Notes under the pieces: model-generated | Told to the model about the DNA's origin: nothing | The model's input: only the letters and a program-made list of their open reading frames with translations | Databases searched by the model: none | Origin: Azolla caroliniana | Lineage: Eukaryota; Plantae; Polypodiophyta | Length of the DNA stretch: 64,000 nucleotides | Assembly: GCA_043228905.1 (NCBI GenBank) | Contig: JBHGNT010000153.1 | Location: forward strand, 451 to 64,450 | Reading direction: 5' to 3' | Position numbers and translations under genes: made by a program | Part shown: one piece after another, positions 1 through 13,150 of the stretch | Layout: every line of letters begins with the position of its first letter | Position numbering within the stretch: position 1 is the first letter of the stretch

Positions 1-2
1 AA

Positions 3-1337
3 CAAAGCCTTGATACCATCAACAGCTACTACCCCCAGCCATATGATGATCATCATCATGAAAATATAAATAGATATAGTCACAGTAATAATACTGCCTG
101 CATAAATGGTGATGATGATGACTATGATTATTATAGTAAGGCTACAGCTATCATTAATACTACTGCTACCAATATCCCGGGCAATTATAACAATGGTACT
201 GAAGGTGGTGGTGTCGTCTCTCCGTTATCGGTGTTGGATCATAATTTTCTGTATAATGCTGTCGGGGATCCGTTTCTCCATTATTATATCACTGACCATA
301 GCTATTATAGCAACCATGATGAGGATCTGATCAACACCGAGCGCTCTAGCTATACAGCTACGCAGTGTAGCTTAGATGACGATGATCAGATGATGATGAA
401 CGCAGCAACCGCTGTGGGCAATGAGAATCATTATGGAGGGATGAATACAAACGCAACGAATGTAATGACCACACCTGGGGTCGAGGCGGCAGAAGAAACG
501 GTAAAAAATGCAGAGGCGTCCATAGAGGCGGTGCCATTAAGGTCGGAGGAAGTGGCGGCGGCGGCGGCGATGATGATGAGGAGGATATGCACGGGCGAGG
601 TGATGAAGGCGGAGGAGGGAGTTACAGGATGCGGCGGAGGAGGAGGTGGTGGAGGGGGAGTACATATGCAGGGCAGGAGGAGGAGGAGGAGCTGGACGGA
701 GTACTACGAAAAGCAGCGCATCAGTTGTGGTGGGGAGGAGGGGTGCAATAATAATATAGGAGGTGGCACAAGGGAGGCGTTAAGGGTGCCAAAAAGCAGG
801 GGAGTGGCGCGTGTGGTGGAGGGCCATAATAACCATGATGATCATACGGCACGAGGAGGCGTGGCGGCGGCGGCGGGTCCAGAGAGCAGGAAGAAGAGCA
901 ATAGTAGTAGTGGTGGTAGTAGTAATAATAGAAGTAGTAGTAGTAAGAGGGGCGGCGGCGGCGGCGGCGCGGTGGCGCGGGAGGCGGAGTTCGCGCGGGC
1001 GGCGCTGCGGCCGGTGGATTGGGGTGCGCTGCTGGAAGCGACGGCGGGGAGCCGGCCGAAGCGGCGCAACGTGCGCATCTCGGAGGACCCGCAGAGCATC
1101 AGCGCCCGGCGGCGGCGGGAGCGCATCAGCGACCGCATCCGCGTCCTGCAGCGCCTCGTCCCCAACGCAGTGAAGCTGGACACGGCGTCCATGCTGGAGG
1201 AGGCCATCCATTACCTCAAATTCCTCAGGTCCCAAGTTCAAGCCCTCCACTCCCTGGAACACACCACCACCTTCTTCCATTCCTCCTCCTCCTCCTCCCT
1301 CTCCCTCTCCCCTTCTACCTTGTATCCCATGCTTTAG
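3..1337 (+). CDS. bHLH transcription factor, subfamily VIIIb (HECATE/INDEHISCENT/bHLH87-like); 5'-partial, no intron within the window
   Basis: The frame is open from the window edge, so the true start lies upstream of the GTG at 231. It contains a HEC-like segment ([15 protein letters not shown]) and [65 protein letters not shown], which matches the VIIIb bHLH consensus. Confidence 0.92.
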   Translation, partial: QSLDTINSYYPQPYDDHHHENINRYSHSNNTACINGDDDDYDYYSKATAIINTTATNIPGNYNNGTEGGGVVSPLSVLDHNFLYNAVGDPFLHYYITDHSYYSNHDEDLINTERSSYTATQCSLDDDDQMMMNAATAVGNENHYGGMNTNATNVMTTPGVEAAEETVKNAEASIEAVPLRSEEVAAAAAMMMRRICTGEVMKAEEGVTGCGGGGGGGGGVHMQGRRRRRSWTEYYEKQRISCGGEEGCNNNIGGGTREALRVPKSRGVARVVEGHNNHDDHTARGGVAAAAGPESRKKSNSSSGGSSNNRSSSSKRGGGGGGAVAREAEFARAALRPVDWGALLEATAGSRPKRRNVRISEDPQSISARRRRERISDRIRVLQRLVPNAVKLDTASMLEEAIHYLKFLRSQVQALHSLEHTTTFFHSSSSSSLSLSPSTLYPML

Positions 1338-4300
1338 GAGAGCTACCCCTACCCTTCTTTACCTTTTGTAATAAAACTTATATTGCTGCAAACTGTAATT
1401 TGGATCCACCACCCGATTGCTTTAGTCACTAATTCTCTCATGTCCGCCTTCGCATCATCCTTACATACATAACCGATCTCCCATTTATTGCTAGTCTTAA
1501 ATAATCATGATCACTAGATTCATTACATTCTCGCCCACCAATATTATGCAGTTAAAATTATGTATTGGGTTCGTTGAGATTCATTACAGCGTATTAATGG
1601 ATGCATTCATCTTTGATGTATCCCTCATAAGGTCATCTCCCCTGCACGAATCAACGAGTGAAATATGATTTAATCATTGGTACTTGGGACACTTGTAAGA
1701 TCCTTGGTGAATTTATTAATATATAACTTTTACAGTGCAAATACCTTGACCCCCTCCCCCCTCCTCTTTTTTTTTTTGTTCTTTGGTTCAAAATTATAGA
1801 ACTTTAAAAATAATATGTTGTTATGAATCACCATCCACGCTCTCTTCCTTCTTCTTCTTGGAAATAGAACATTAAAACATGTCGTACACTATAGCAGAGT
1901 CAACTGAGATTTATTTCCCCAAGTTTCCATGTAATAGTGTGTGTCCATTTTTATGAGGAAATATCAACGTCATCAAATCTAAGTACACCTTGCACATTTA
2001 TTGCTAACGTTAACTTAGTGTAGGTCGGGCATTATCCTCAAGGGTACGTACTACCATTAGCTTTTGAATGTTACTAGTGTGAAACCCGTGAGAGTTAGTC
2101 GATACTCTAAAATTTGACAAAAGTTGGTCATGACTCATGAGTCCCAAAATCCTTGTAAATGAACTTTCAAGCGAACGCCAAAAGGGTTTAGCATAATGAT
2201 TGGATTACCTAATATCGTATATACATATTGATTCCATGGCTCCATAAAGACTACATCGATGGATTCATGGATTGTATACTTCCATTTATGACTTATGGCT
2301 CGTTAATAGCTTCTCTGATTCGTTTTCTTCGTTATTTGTATCTATATAGATTGGTTAGGGTCGTATGGCACTGCTTTACAACATTGACTGTAATATTGGA
2401 CTACTTTGTATATTGGCCACTTTACTTTTAATTCGAATGGAGGATTTTTTTCATGAAAAAAAAAATAGCTTCTGTAATTCCATAACTTTTGATGCATAGT
2501 TTGCTATTTGTCTAAGACACTTGATTCTACACTTTTGATGCATGATCATGGATCTCAAGTTATTATTGTCTAGTTGCACCAAATGATTCTTCAATTCTAT
2601 GGTTGTACCATTCATAACGCAATTGTTTTATTATCAACCATGAAACTTTTACTTTCATTGGTACCCACCCTTCATACATATATTGTTGAAGGAAATTTTC
2701 ACCAATGACACCTTGTATTCAGATATTTTGAATATTAAGCCATCATTTTAAGCGTATTTTTTGAAAATTTCCCTAATTTATACTTTTGCACCCTGATCCT
2801 TCATGAGATGTAGACATTTTAACTATAGGTATATATGACAAGCTTGTATGTGCGTATGCCCACCTATGAACTCAAGTATTTAAAACATTTATAGAAATTC
2901 ATGGATTTCCCCATATAAGTATTCGCAAATAAATTTGTGAGACAAAATACCAATCATTCCTTTATGTTAGGGACAATATGTCCGAAAAAGTGCACGCAAA
3001 TCATTCATACAATCAATAATTAGGATGGACGTGGCCCTTTGGGTGTGTTGCATGACAATAGAATGTCTAATTATTGGCAAAGTTTGGTAAAATGAGCTAT
3101 TGGTAGGGTTAAGTGGTTAACGTAGAGCTATGTGAACTAGAGGCTTGTCAAAATTCAATGTAATTTGGATATGAATGGACATGTTGGACATGGTCCAAAA
3201 TGTATGACACGTGCATATTGGTGATGAGTTATATGGGGAGATGGGAGTCATGCCCTATGGAATATAAAATTCTTTGCATCTTCCTATTGGTCTAAGACAT
3301 GACATCATGCTTCATATATATTCAAACATACATAGGTAAGTCTAGCTCAAGTTTGATGCCTCATCACAAGTGGTAAGGTTACTAATATGTATATATCATA
3401 AAATATATTGATGAGCTCAATCATATATAATGATGAGGTTATTAGATGTCACACTCTTGTATCCTTGTTTTGCATAATCGTACTTCCATCCTCAACTACA
3501 CAAGGAGTTAGTGGTATTTGTGATTATAGCCCCACGTGAATAATTAATAGGGCAGTCTATATTTGCATGATTGGAAGGGAAACTTGGGATGAGTGTAATT
3601 TTATGACAAGATATGTAATGGCGTTAGGTTTGAAGGAATCTAGGACAACAATTTGGTTGTTGATACATTAGATGCCATCACCCATGTTCTTGTTTATAAC
3701 ATAATAATAAGGAACCTTGCAAAAGTATGCATATGCGAAGGCAAAGGCCACAAGGCAATCATATTGTGTCAATGTCAAATAACATGACATCGAGGATAGA
3801 GGTGATCAAAAGCCTAGAATAGGGCAAAAGACGGAGATGGGTAGCACTGTAATGGATAACACCATCAAGACAACATGTGATGATTACATGTTGCATTGCC
3901 AACTGGAATGCCTCAATCTCGCATGACATTATATGAGACGACCTACCACAACAACGTTGATAGCAACAATAGGTTGTATTTCTAATAACTTAATTCACAA
4001 AAGAATTGGGGACATGACATAATATGATACAAGAAAACTATCTTTGAGCTCTTTATTATGAATCAATTAATAATGATGAGTACTAAATGAAAAAATGATT
4101 CAGGAAAAAAATGGTGCTTAACTACAACTTATAATACCCAAGAAAAGAATAAGAGATGAACTTAAAAACACATTGATGTCCCCTACAGCCGAATATTATA
4201 TAATGTTGTCGCGTAGAAGTCGCAATGAATAATGTATTATTATACCAGAGCTTTGCCTTGCAAATGGAGTATGTACTCTCAACAACATCGAAGAGATACC

Positions 4301-4794
4301 ATAAGAAGGGGGTGACTAGTCCTCTTCACATAACTCAACTACTTAGGTTCCCAAGCTTGCACACCTTCCCAAGCTTGTCCCAATGGGTTAGTCTCAAATC
4401 CTAAACATTTCAAATGAGCATTTTGAATTGATCTATAAGGTTATGCCTTTAATATTCTCACAATGATTAGACAACTTGTGACATGCTTGTTCTATATTCA
4501 AAGGACACACAACAAGGTTCAATGTATGGCCCTTTAAATAAATGGTGAAGCTCCTACTCGTACTCATCTTGTCACCATCACTAGAGCAATACGATTATGT
4601 AAGACACCATTAGTTTTAAGAATTTCGCAAGACACAAAAACTAAAGTACTACATCCTTTGGGTATAAAGATGACTTTACATCAAGACCATATTCTCACAT
4701 TCATGATACATGGATTTACATACCAAACCAACTTAAAGACATGGAAACTACCGTCTATCTTTGTGAAGAGCTCTTGTTAGTGAGCTCAATTTGC

Positions 4795-4955
4795 CTAATA
4801 TGCCAAGGTGAGATAGCGATATAGATAGAGCCCCAAATCAACATCAACGCTTTTGGCTACCTCTCGCTCTCACTAATATGCCAAGGGGCGGGGATAGAGA
4901 TAATGATAAAGCCAGCAATCAACATCAAAGCTTTTGACTATCTCTCGCTCTCAAA
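4795..4955. repeat. Diverged ~78-bp tandem duplication
   Basis: ctaatatgccaagg...aatcaacatcaa(c/a)gcttttg(g/a)cta(c/t)ctctcgctctca occurs twice in tandem. Confidence 0.85.
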
Positions 4956-6305
4956 TATGGACATATTATTGGTGAAGGTTTATTTCAACCCCTTCTAAAG
5001 TTATCAATCCCCATGGAAATGTTAACATGTGAGTTATTTCTCCAAAATAAAAAAATAAAATTACTCTTATGTTTAACGGTTTTAGAAAACACATTTGCTG
5101 CTCTAAGAAACATAACGCCCTAATTACAACTTAATCGATTTCTTTACCTCTCTCAAAGGTCAAATTCACACATTGTGTAAAACGTGGAGTATTAGCAAGA
5201 ACATGACAAAATGAAAAATCCCCAATCCTTCACGGGTTATTACACTAGCTTGGGCTTACATGTATATGGTTACAAGTTGAAGCACGTAACAACAACTGCA
5301 ATCAAGTTGAAACGACTATTGGGAAATCCCATTCTCAAGGTATTGATAAGTTAGCTAAATGTGTCATCTCCCCAATACCAAGGGTTCAACATTCACCGCA
5401 TAGGAGTGTGGCCCGATACTGTGCCTTTTACTCGCACATTTCTTGGTTGTTGCACATGCAATGTCCACCTCCCATTCGCAATCCCATGTGGGTGGTCCAT
5501 TAAAGTGGCCCGCTAACAACATTTCTTCATCGAAGGTTAGAGGCAATAAATAAACTAGGTGGTCAATGAATTATGTCCATTTGGATGATATCTACTCCTA
5601 TGACCATGTCGAAAATCGCAAGGGGAGCTCCCATTATGTTTTACCTTGTTGACATATCGAAAGGGTTTATTACATGACAAAAAATGTACTGAGCGGGGAT
5701 GATACTCATTTCCCGATCAGCCAACATACGTGTCACAAAATTATCCCCTTTGCGAAGAACTAGGCATGGTGTGAGGGGTGCCCAAATGTGGGCCATATTT
5801 GGAGATTTGTTGAAATGTGGGGCTACCAAGGATGAGAATCGGCAGAGGGCACTAACTAGGAAAAGCTTTTGAAACGCCTGAAAAAAATTTGCGCCACAAC
5901 TAATAACTCGACGTCACATGTTTTGCCGCCATTCCCATGTTCTCAAACCTCTTACAGTAACAATTCCAGTTTTTTGCTGCTGCTTTTGGTTGAAGTCTAC
6001 GTTTGGCATCGTCTGCACACTCAGGTAAGTCTGCATAAAGAGAGAGGGAGATAGATAGATTATAACGAACAGAAAGAAAGAGCAATAGATGTATATGTTG
6101 TTTACTGTAACACTGCAAGAGAGAAAGAAAGATATATTAAGGTCTTCTAAGGCCAAAATTGGCCCATGAGACAATTGGTTTACAACTAAATTAGTATTTA
6201 TCCAGTCATCATAACTAAAATAAAATAAAATAAAAATAGAGAGAGAGTGTGTGTGTGAGTGTTTTAGCGTCAATTAATTAGTAGAGATTTATCTCTCTCT
6301 CTCTC

Positions 6306-6360
<55 letters not shown>

Positions 6361-6822
6361 ATTAATCAGGTGTTTCAGTGGGAAAAACAGTGAGATTTAC
6401 TTCTTTTTCGAGGCCAAAATGGCCTAGAAGACTGCATACATCTTAATATATTGTCTCATCTTTAAGAACACAAACCAAAATAAATGTAACTAAACGAAAA
6501 TAGAAGTCACTAGAGAATCCCATTGTCCATAAACGCAAGATTCTGAAGATAGATAGGTTGTATCTTTTGTCTTCAAAAGATTTCTAGCATAGGTCCATCT
6601 AGAATGTGATTTCTGAAGCGAGGGAAGCATATGCAATGGTGGGAGATAATGGTCTCTATCTGTCAATGGCAAGAGTAGCTGCCATAGATAAATATGTTGC
6701 AAATTCTCCACCACATCTGTAAATTAGGATAGGGAGATGGATCATGCTGCTCACAAGTGACGAAGGGGTACAACATTAATGCCACAACCGTTAGAATTTG
6801 CTACAAATCATCCATGGCCATG

Positions 6823-7095
6823 AGACCTATGACAAATCACACAAGGGAGCTGCTTCCCATAAAGATGACCTACAACAAAGTTCTTTTCATGAACTTCTCA
6901 CAGGGTGCATTCATATAGAGACCAAGATATAATGACGTCTACATGATGAACAAAACAAGATAGTGCAGTAAGACCTATGACAAATCACATAGAGGAGTTG
7001 TTTCCCATAAAGATGGCCCTCTACAAAGAGATTTTTCATGAACTTCTCACGGTGTGCATTCATATGGAGACCAAGGTACAATGACATCTACATGC
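6823..7095. repeat. ~120-bp direct duplication
   Basis: agacctatgacaaatcac...ttcccataaagatg...tttcatgaacttctcac...tgcattcatat..agaccaag...aatgac.tctacatg is present at ~6823 and ~6972. Confidence 0.9.
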
Positions 7096-7949
7096 TTCAT
7101 AGTGCTCACAAAGCATTAAGATTACTCGAAGCTTCCTTACACCAACTCTGAGGTTAGCCTCTAGTAGAGGTCACTCTCAGTCTCTCTCTCTCTGCTGTTG
7201 GATTACACTTGTAATCATGACTTGTCTAATCGGCTGAATTTAGCCTTTTAGTAGAGGTTAAACTCTCTCACTCTCTCCAACTTTGCCATTTGTTTAAACT
7301 CCTAGCTTGATCCTCATCATGGCCTGGGCACTGCCTGAAAATGTACTCAATGCTTGTGAAACAGCTTTTTTCGCTTTCAACTGTTTGAGATGGCCATACA
7401 AATATGTCCTACTGTCAACGGTGTGTAAAGATTTCTCATTTCACTATTAACAGGTGTAATCTTACTTTGATCCTAGAGTTTGTAAGTCCACCAAATGTGT
7501 GACATGTGTTCAATCTCTTGACTTCAAGATCAACCTTAACGGAACTTTTAGTTTATAGCTTCATTAGTAGAGAAAATCACTATATAAAAATAGATTCACG
7601 ATCCTTTATCTTTCTCCTGACAGTGAGAATTTCTAGACCTTTTAGAATGAATCAATGAGGAAGAGCTCATAAAAGAAGAGAAATTGAATGTACAACAACC
7701 TTGCTATCCAGGTAGACTATTAACCTAATGTAAGCTAATATAACTTAGACCTGAATAAGAATGGTGAGGATCGTTTCTTCCCAACAAAGATGATTATCTG
7801 TGCTACCAAAGGTAACATGTGTAAAGCATTAGAGTTTTAGAAGGATCTATCTCTGGAAAGAGGAACAAGTCTATCATTGGAAACTGGGAAGGGACCACTA
7901 AATCCCAAACTAACAACAGCCCAAGCCCATAAGGAGGCCAAAGAATGAA

Positions 7950-9110
7950 TATCAAAACTTACAATAGTAAGGGATTTCTCAATCTTAATTTGGTCAAGAG
8001 CTCAAAAAATCACTTCAAGAGAAAGTTATGATCTCATGGGCAAGTAAAAAAGAGCACAAGTTCTTAAAAAATGACAAACAATGAATATTACATCGTATGA
8101 TTTGAAGAGATTTTACAATTCCAATAGGGCTAAAAGCCTCAAATTTTGGCCCCAGAGGAGCAAGCTTAATTCTTTGTATTCAACAAATGAGTCTTTAAGA
8201 CAATTTAAGATCTCTGCAACCTCAATAACAGTCAAGGAACCAGGTGTACTGATCTAGATGACTTCCTTTCTTTAATAATAGGAAATAGGAATGATCTCCT
8301 CTATAAATCCTGAGTTCCCATCTGTGATCTTGGTGTATGCTGCTAGTGCCAATTCCTATTAAGGCTGAGGTATGGGAATCACTAATGAACTCTTAATCCT
8401 CATTGGGGATTTCAATTTGGTAAAAGATCCACAGCAATAAAGCAGCAATGTGGTTTGAAAAATACTAAGCATGACTTGGTGAACGTTACCTGAAACACAC
8501 GTTTTACTTGGTGCAATTCAAGTATATAATATCTTAGGAAAGCTACACTGGAGATTGCGATGTTAATAGTGCATTATAAACTGTTTTGAACATATTGATG
8601 CCAGTACACACCTGATTACGAAATGTCTAACAATGACGATATTAGGGGCAAGTTATAGAAAGCTTTAAACTGAAAGCGAGCTGGTTTGATGCTGAATTCA
8701 ATTCCACATGGAAGATGTCAAAGGAAAGAGAGACACTGTTTAGAATAAAAAACTCCACACTATCCTCTTCCTTGCCAAAGATCGGGGGATGTCCATGAGG
8801 GAAACCCAACAATTCCTTGTCCAACTCAAGAAACACATAAATAATGGCAAATAACTTGGGAATGCTAGTAACTACAAAAGCCCAGTAGCACTTGCCAAAA
8901 TGTTAGACAAAAATGGAATCCATGTTCAATTGGAATTTCTACACCTCAAAGCTATTATTCTGGAAAAGGAAATCAAGGCAACATCTAGAGAAGAAGAGAA
9001 GTTCAGTTATTGGAAGATTCGTGCAAGGTGCTAGAACTAACCATTCTTCTTTAAGAGCATTAAAAGAAAAGCTGGCATTGATAAAGACCTCTTTCTCGTA
9101 GAGGACAATA
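7950..9110 (+). mobile_element. Degenerate LINE (non-LTR retrotransposon) ORF2, APE endonuclease region
   Basis: Fragmented APE motifs appear in the expected order: QELK (~7994), LVYAA (~8330), LLILIGDFNLVKDP (~8390-8432) and FTWCNS (~8503). Stops and frameshifts interrupt them. Confidence 0.7.
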
Positions 9111-11499
9111 CTCTGTTTTGAATTTGTCTTCATCATTTGCATTGAGATTTTTAAACGAGGCTGTTGCTGTTACTGTTGCATCAGGTGATTAACATTTTTA
9201 CACATATTCTCATCTATCTCCCTATGAAGTCTATCATCTCCTAACATGTGGAATTTGAAAAGATCCTATGCATACATACTAATTTGAATGATGTTGCTTG
9301 CTTGCATCGAAGTACATATAAAACTCTCCCCACCCAACCTTGCATTTTGAACAAACCACGATAAGAAAAACACCTTCCTCTACATAAATGTGATAGTTAG
9401 ATTGGTGACTCGTTGTTGGTCCAACCAAGCTTGCTTCATATCTCTGAAAGAGGTATATGATAACCAAGCTTGTCATTATCTTACCAATCTATGATGTTGC
9501 ATCTAAACCTGATACATATCTAGCTATGCACATTGCAAAAACTTTGTTGAATCATATGCAAATCCAAAATAGCATCGCACAGCCATTATCTTCATAAACT
9601 ATTCAAGGATAGATTATTGGGACAGAAACCAAAAATGAACTAGGAAAAAAGCGAAACATCTCCTTTTGCTCACTTCAGAATTAACAATGATAAATGACAC
9701 ATTAACATATTAACATATGATAAATGTTCTAAAATATTGTGCTCCAATCCACAATGTTTGATTATAGTCCATGATAAAATCTATATAAAAAGTATGCATA
9801 TAAAAAGGGTAAACCCTCAATATAGTCCAGGCCACTCGACCAAAGTTCTTATTTGGTTGGAAGGTATAAAGAATATATTTTCATGAATGCTCAACTGCCA
9901 AGCATAGCTAATAAGTATATGTTTGTGGTGCTGCTCAATGTATTTTGGCCTCATGTTGATCTCTTACAATGAGAAAAAGAGAACATTATTCAAAATTTAC
10001 ACAGGAAGTTGTTTATTAAAATATGCCAATGTAAAAATTTATTTTGAGAAAAATATATACTTTTTGTATGGATGAATCTGTGTGTTAATTTTAATTCTTA
10101 ATAAAATCGCATGATATTGTTAGTGGATGATTATGAGAAAATATATGATCTGAGCATCATGGACATTTATGCCCTTGAAATATTGTACAAGTTTTTATCT
10201 TTTTCCCTCCTATCATTGCAAATGAGGTACGTGGGACTCAAGCTACACAAGGGGAAATAGGCCTTCTCATAAAGGGGAAGGGATATTCATCTCACGCTTC
10301 CTCACAGGATGATGAGATGCAAAGCACTTTACAACCAGATTTTTTTACCTTGTTTGAGGAGGCTAGTTTATGTTAACTACAGAAAGTGACTTTATCTATG
10401 TGAGTTATAAACCTTCTGATTCAATAAAAGTTGTGGGTAACTTTTTATAGCTTCTGCTATATTCATCATTTCTGTTTGGATACGATAATCTAATTCTATA
10501 ACTTGCATTCCCTTCAATGCAACATCATCTCCTATTTATGAAGCATATCGAGAACACATACTGCTTTGCACAAAATGTCTGGGTTTTTTTATTTGGGTTT
10601 TATTATTTGTCAGTGCCAATTTAACTTTTTCTATTTTGTATTTATCTAGGCCAAGTTTTAGTAGACGCAATATTTGACAGAGGACTTACACGCTAGCTCC
10701 GCCCACCACCCCCCCAAATCTAGATTTGAGAAACTTCTGCAGTAATTGGATCCAATTGGCTTGCAGAAAGGGCTTTGGAATAGAGATGGTTGCGCTTCTT
10801 CAACGTAGGCAAGACCATGCCGAGTAAGAATGTCTTATTGACTTTGCATATCTATAGAATATTAATACTCTCGTTTCTAAATAAAGAGAACGAAACTAGA
10901 AGCTTTCGGGTATCAAAGATGTAGGGGACACCCAATGTCAGTATGAGCTCAACAACTTGGGAATTTGGTGAACACTGAGTGGCATTTTGGGAATTATGCA
11001 TAACGAGAGAGGGATTTTGTGATTTATATCTAACCAGAGATGGCATTAATTGTTTGTGGCATTTTGCACTCGCAAGTTGAGTGATGTTTTGGAAGATATG
11101 TTTTACTGGAGTAGTAGCATTTTGACAATCACCCTTATTTTTTGTGTGTAGAAATTTATCTTACTCTCATTAATTTAGATATTTATATAACTAGTTCAAT
11201 GTCAAATCATGTCTAGGAACCACATGGTGACAATATGTGAATGTGGTGGAACTGCAAAAGTTTGGTAAGAATAAGGACAATATGTGAATGAGATCATGAT
11301 CATAATTGTTATGATAATGAGGGGATGGTCATTGTAAATTCTCCTTATACATGGATATAAAATAAAAAGTCAATGTGAGGAGCTTAAGCAGCTTGACCTA
11401 TATTTTGTTTTGTAATGGATATGCATGTTAAATGTTAGGTTTGATAGTTTAGGGAAAGGGCGAAAGAAGTGATGATCTTGTGAAGTAGAAGATGCAAGT

Positions 11500-13150
11500 T
11501 AGACAACCAAAAATGTGTCTCACATTGAGTGGAACAATTCTAATTTTGCATGAGAGCAATCATTGCATATGAATGTAATGAACAATAAAAACGTTATAGT
11601 AACATGGTGACATAAGAGTGGAATGTGGTATTACCCTTAGTAATTTGGTTACAATTGTCAAAAGAAACACATTTGATCATGTCTTTACCATCTAATTCTA
11701 TTGGTTTAAATAAGTTTGTGATCACATGTTTGGAGATTAGGCTGTTAATAATAGAAAATTAAAATTCTTGGTACAATGGAAACCATCTTGCAAGTTTTCT
11801 TGTCATGACAATATAGAGCATAACACAAATAATGTTGAAGGCAAAGTACACTAACCAATATGCAATCTTGCTTTTTATGACCTTAATCTAGAATTACCTC
11901 TTATGTTAGCTTGTAAGTATGAGGCATTCATCCAATTAGCCAAATGACATGTTCAATTGCAATTTTCTTCCCAAAAGGGACTATATGGTATGTCATACGA
12001 AGCTTACTCATGGGAATCCATGCTCTTAAGAAATTTTCAATTAACCTATTTGGCTAACACTTGTAATGATTGTATAAATATGGTTGTCACAAAGTATACT
12101 TGATTATCCCATTTGTATTAGGTAAGAAAGATGTGGCTCCATCAAGAATGTTCAAGAAGACCCCCTTGCCTTACTATATATCCCATATACATTAGCAAGG
12201 AGGAAGGAAAACGTTTCCATCTAATATGTTTTAGTATAACCTCTTGCTAAATTATCCTAGATGCAATGGTCGGAAAGAGGTAATTCTTACAATACAACAA
12301 AGCCTTGGGACATGAATTGTGAATCTATATTGTCAAGTTTCTCCCATTATGTAGGGCCCTTAACGACATTCTACATATCAAATCTTCTAATGTACCTCGT
12401 ATGGATTCTAATTCATTTTCCAATGAGGTAATCTTACACATTCTAGTTCAATCTTGTGTGGTGAAATGTGCAAACATCAATATGCTTGCAAACACTTGTA
12501 TTAGTTGAGAACTTCATCGTTGTGCTTGTGCTTACTCTTTATGAAAGCAATTTATAATATTTCATCATGGTAGAATTAATGTGGTCATATGAAATGGTGT
12601 TATACTCAATTTGTGATTGAAATAAATTAATTGTGCTTCCAGTACACACTACACTTATTTCTTTTTCAATTTAATCAACAATAAATTTATTTTAGATGTT
12701 TAAACAATAGCTAAGTAATCCCTTTAAACTAATCAAATATGTTCATGAAAACATTTCGATTTCAAAATACTAATGACACAAGACAAAATTGGGAATTTGC
12801 TTTGATCTACATTCTACTATTGGTAAACCCGTGTTAGATCTATGCTCTATATTTACCATGGAACTTAAAGTAGTGATTGCTTGAGTATTTTACAATACTT
12901 GCAAAATGTTGTAGTTAGTAAAATGCTCAAGCAAATGGTGCCAATGTTGATGGCCATGTTTAGTAGAAACCAAACAAATTATTTGAAGTTGCAGATTGGA
13001 CACTTCCATGAAAGCAACAAACTCCAATAAAAAACATGTATTCTTTTCTGCTCTAAACCACTATAGAACATTTTTTAACTATAATTTGTGATTGCTCAAG
13101 TGAAGTTTGGAAAATTGGAGTGTCCCCATTCACCAAAATCGAGTTAAGGT
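11500..13150 (-). mobile_element. Highly degenerate Helitron RepHel relic
   Basis: Minus-strand fragments are collinear with the Helitron Rep region: GVCCFHGSVQ (~13000), YFKFHG (~12860), GNVFLPP (~12205), PH/IFLT..KW (~12120), FGKKIAIEHVI...MPHTY (~11975-11915; compare FG..aY.yviEfQkRGLPHaH) and DGF (~11780). Many stops. Confidence 0.55.

Noticed and set aside
780-1432. Several overlapping ORFs on both strands
   Set aside because: By-products of the GC-rich bHLH coding region, with no recognisable domains.
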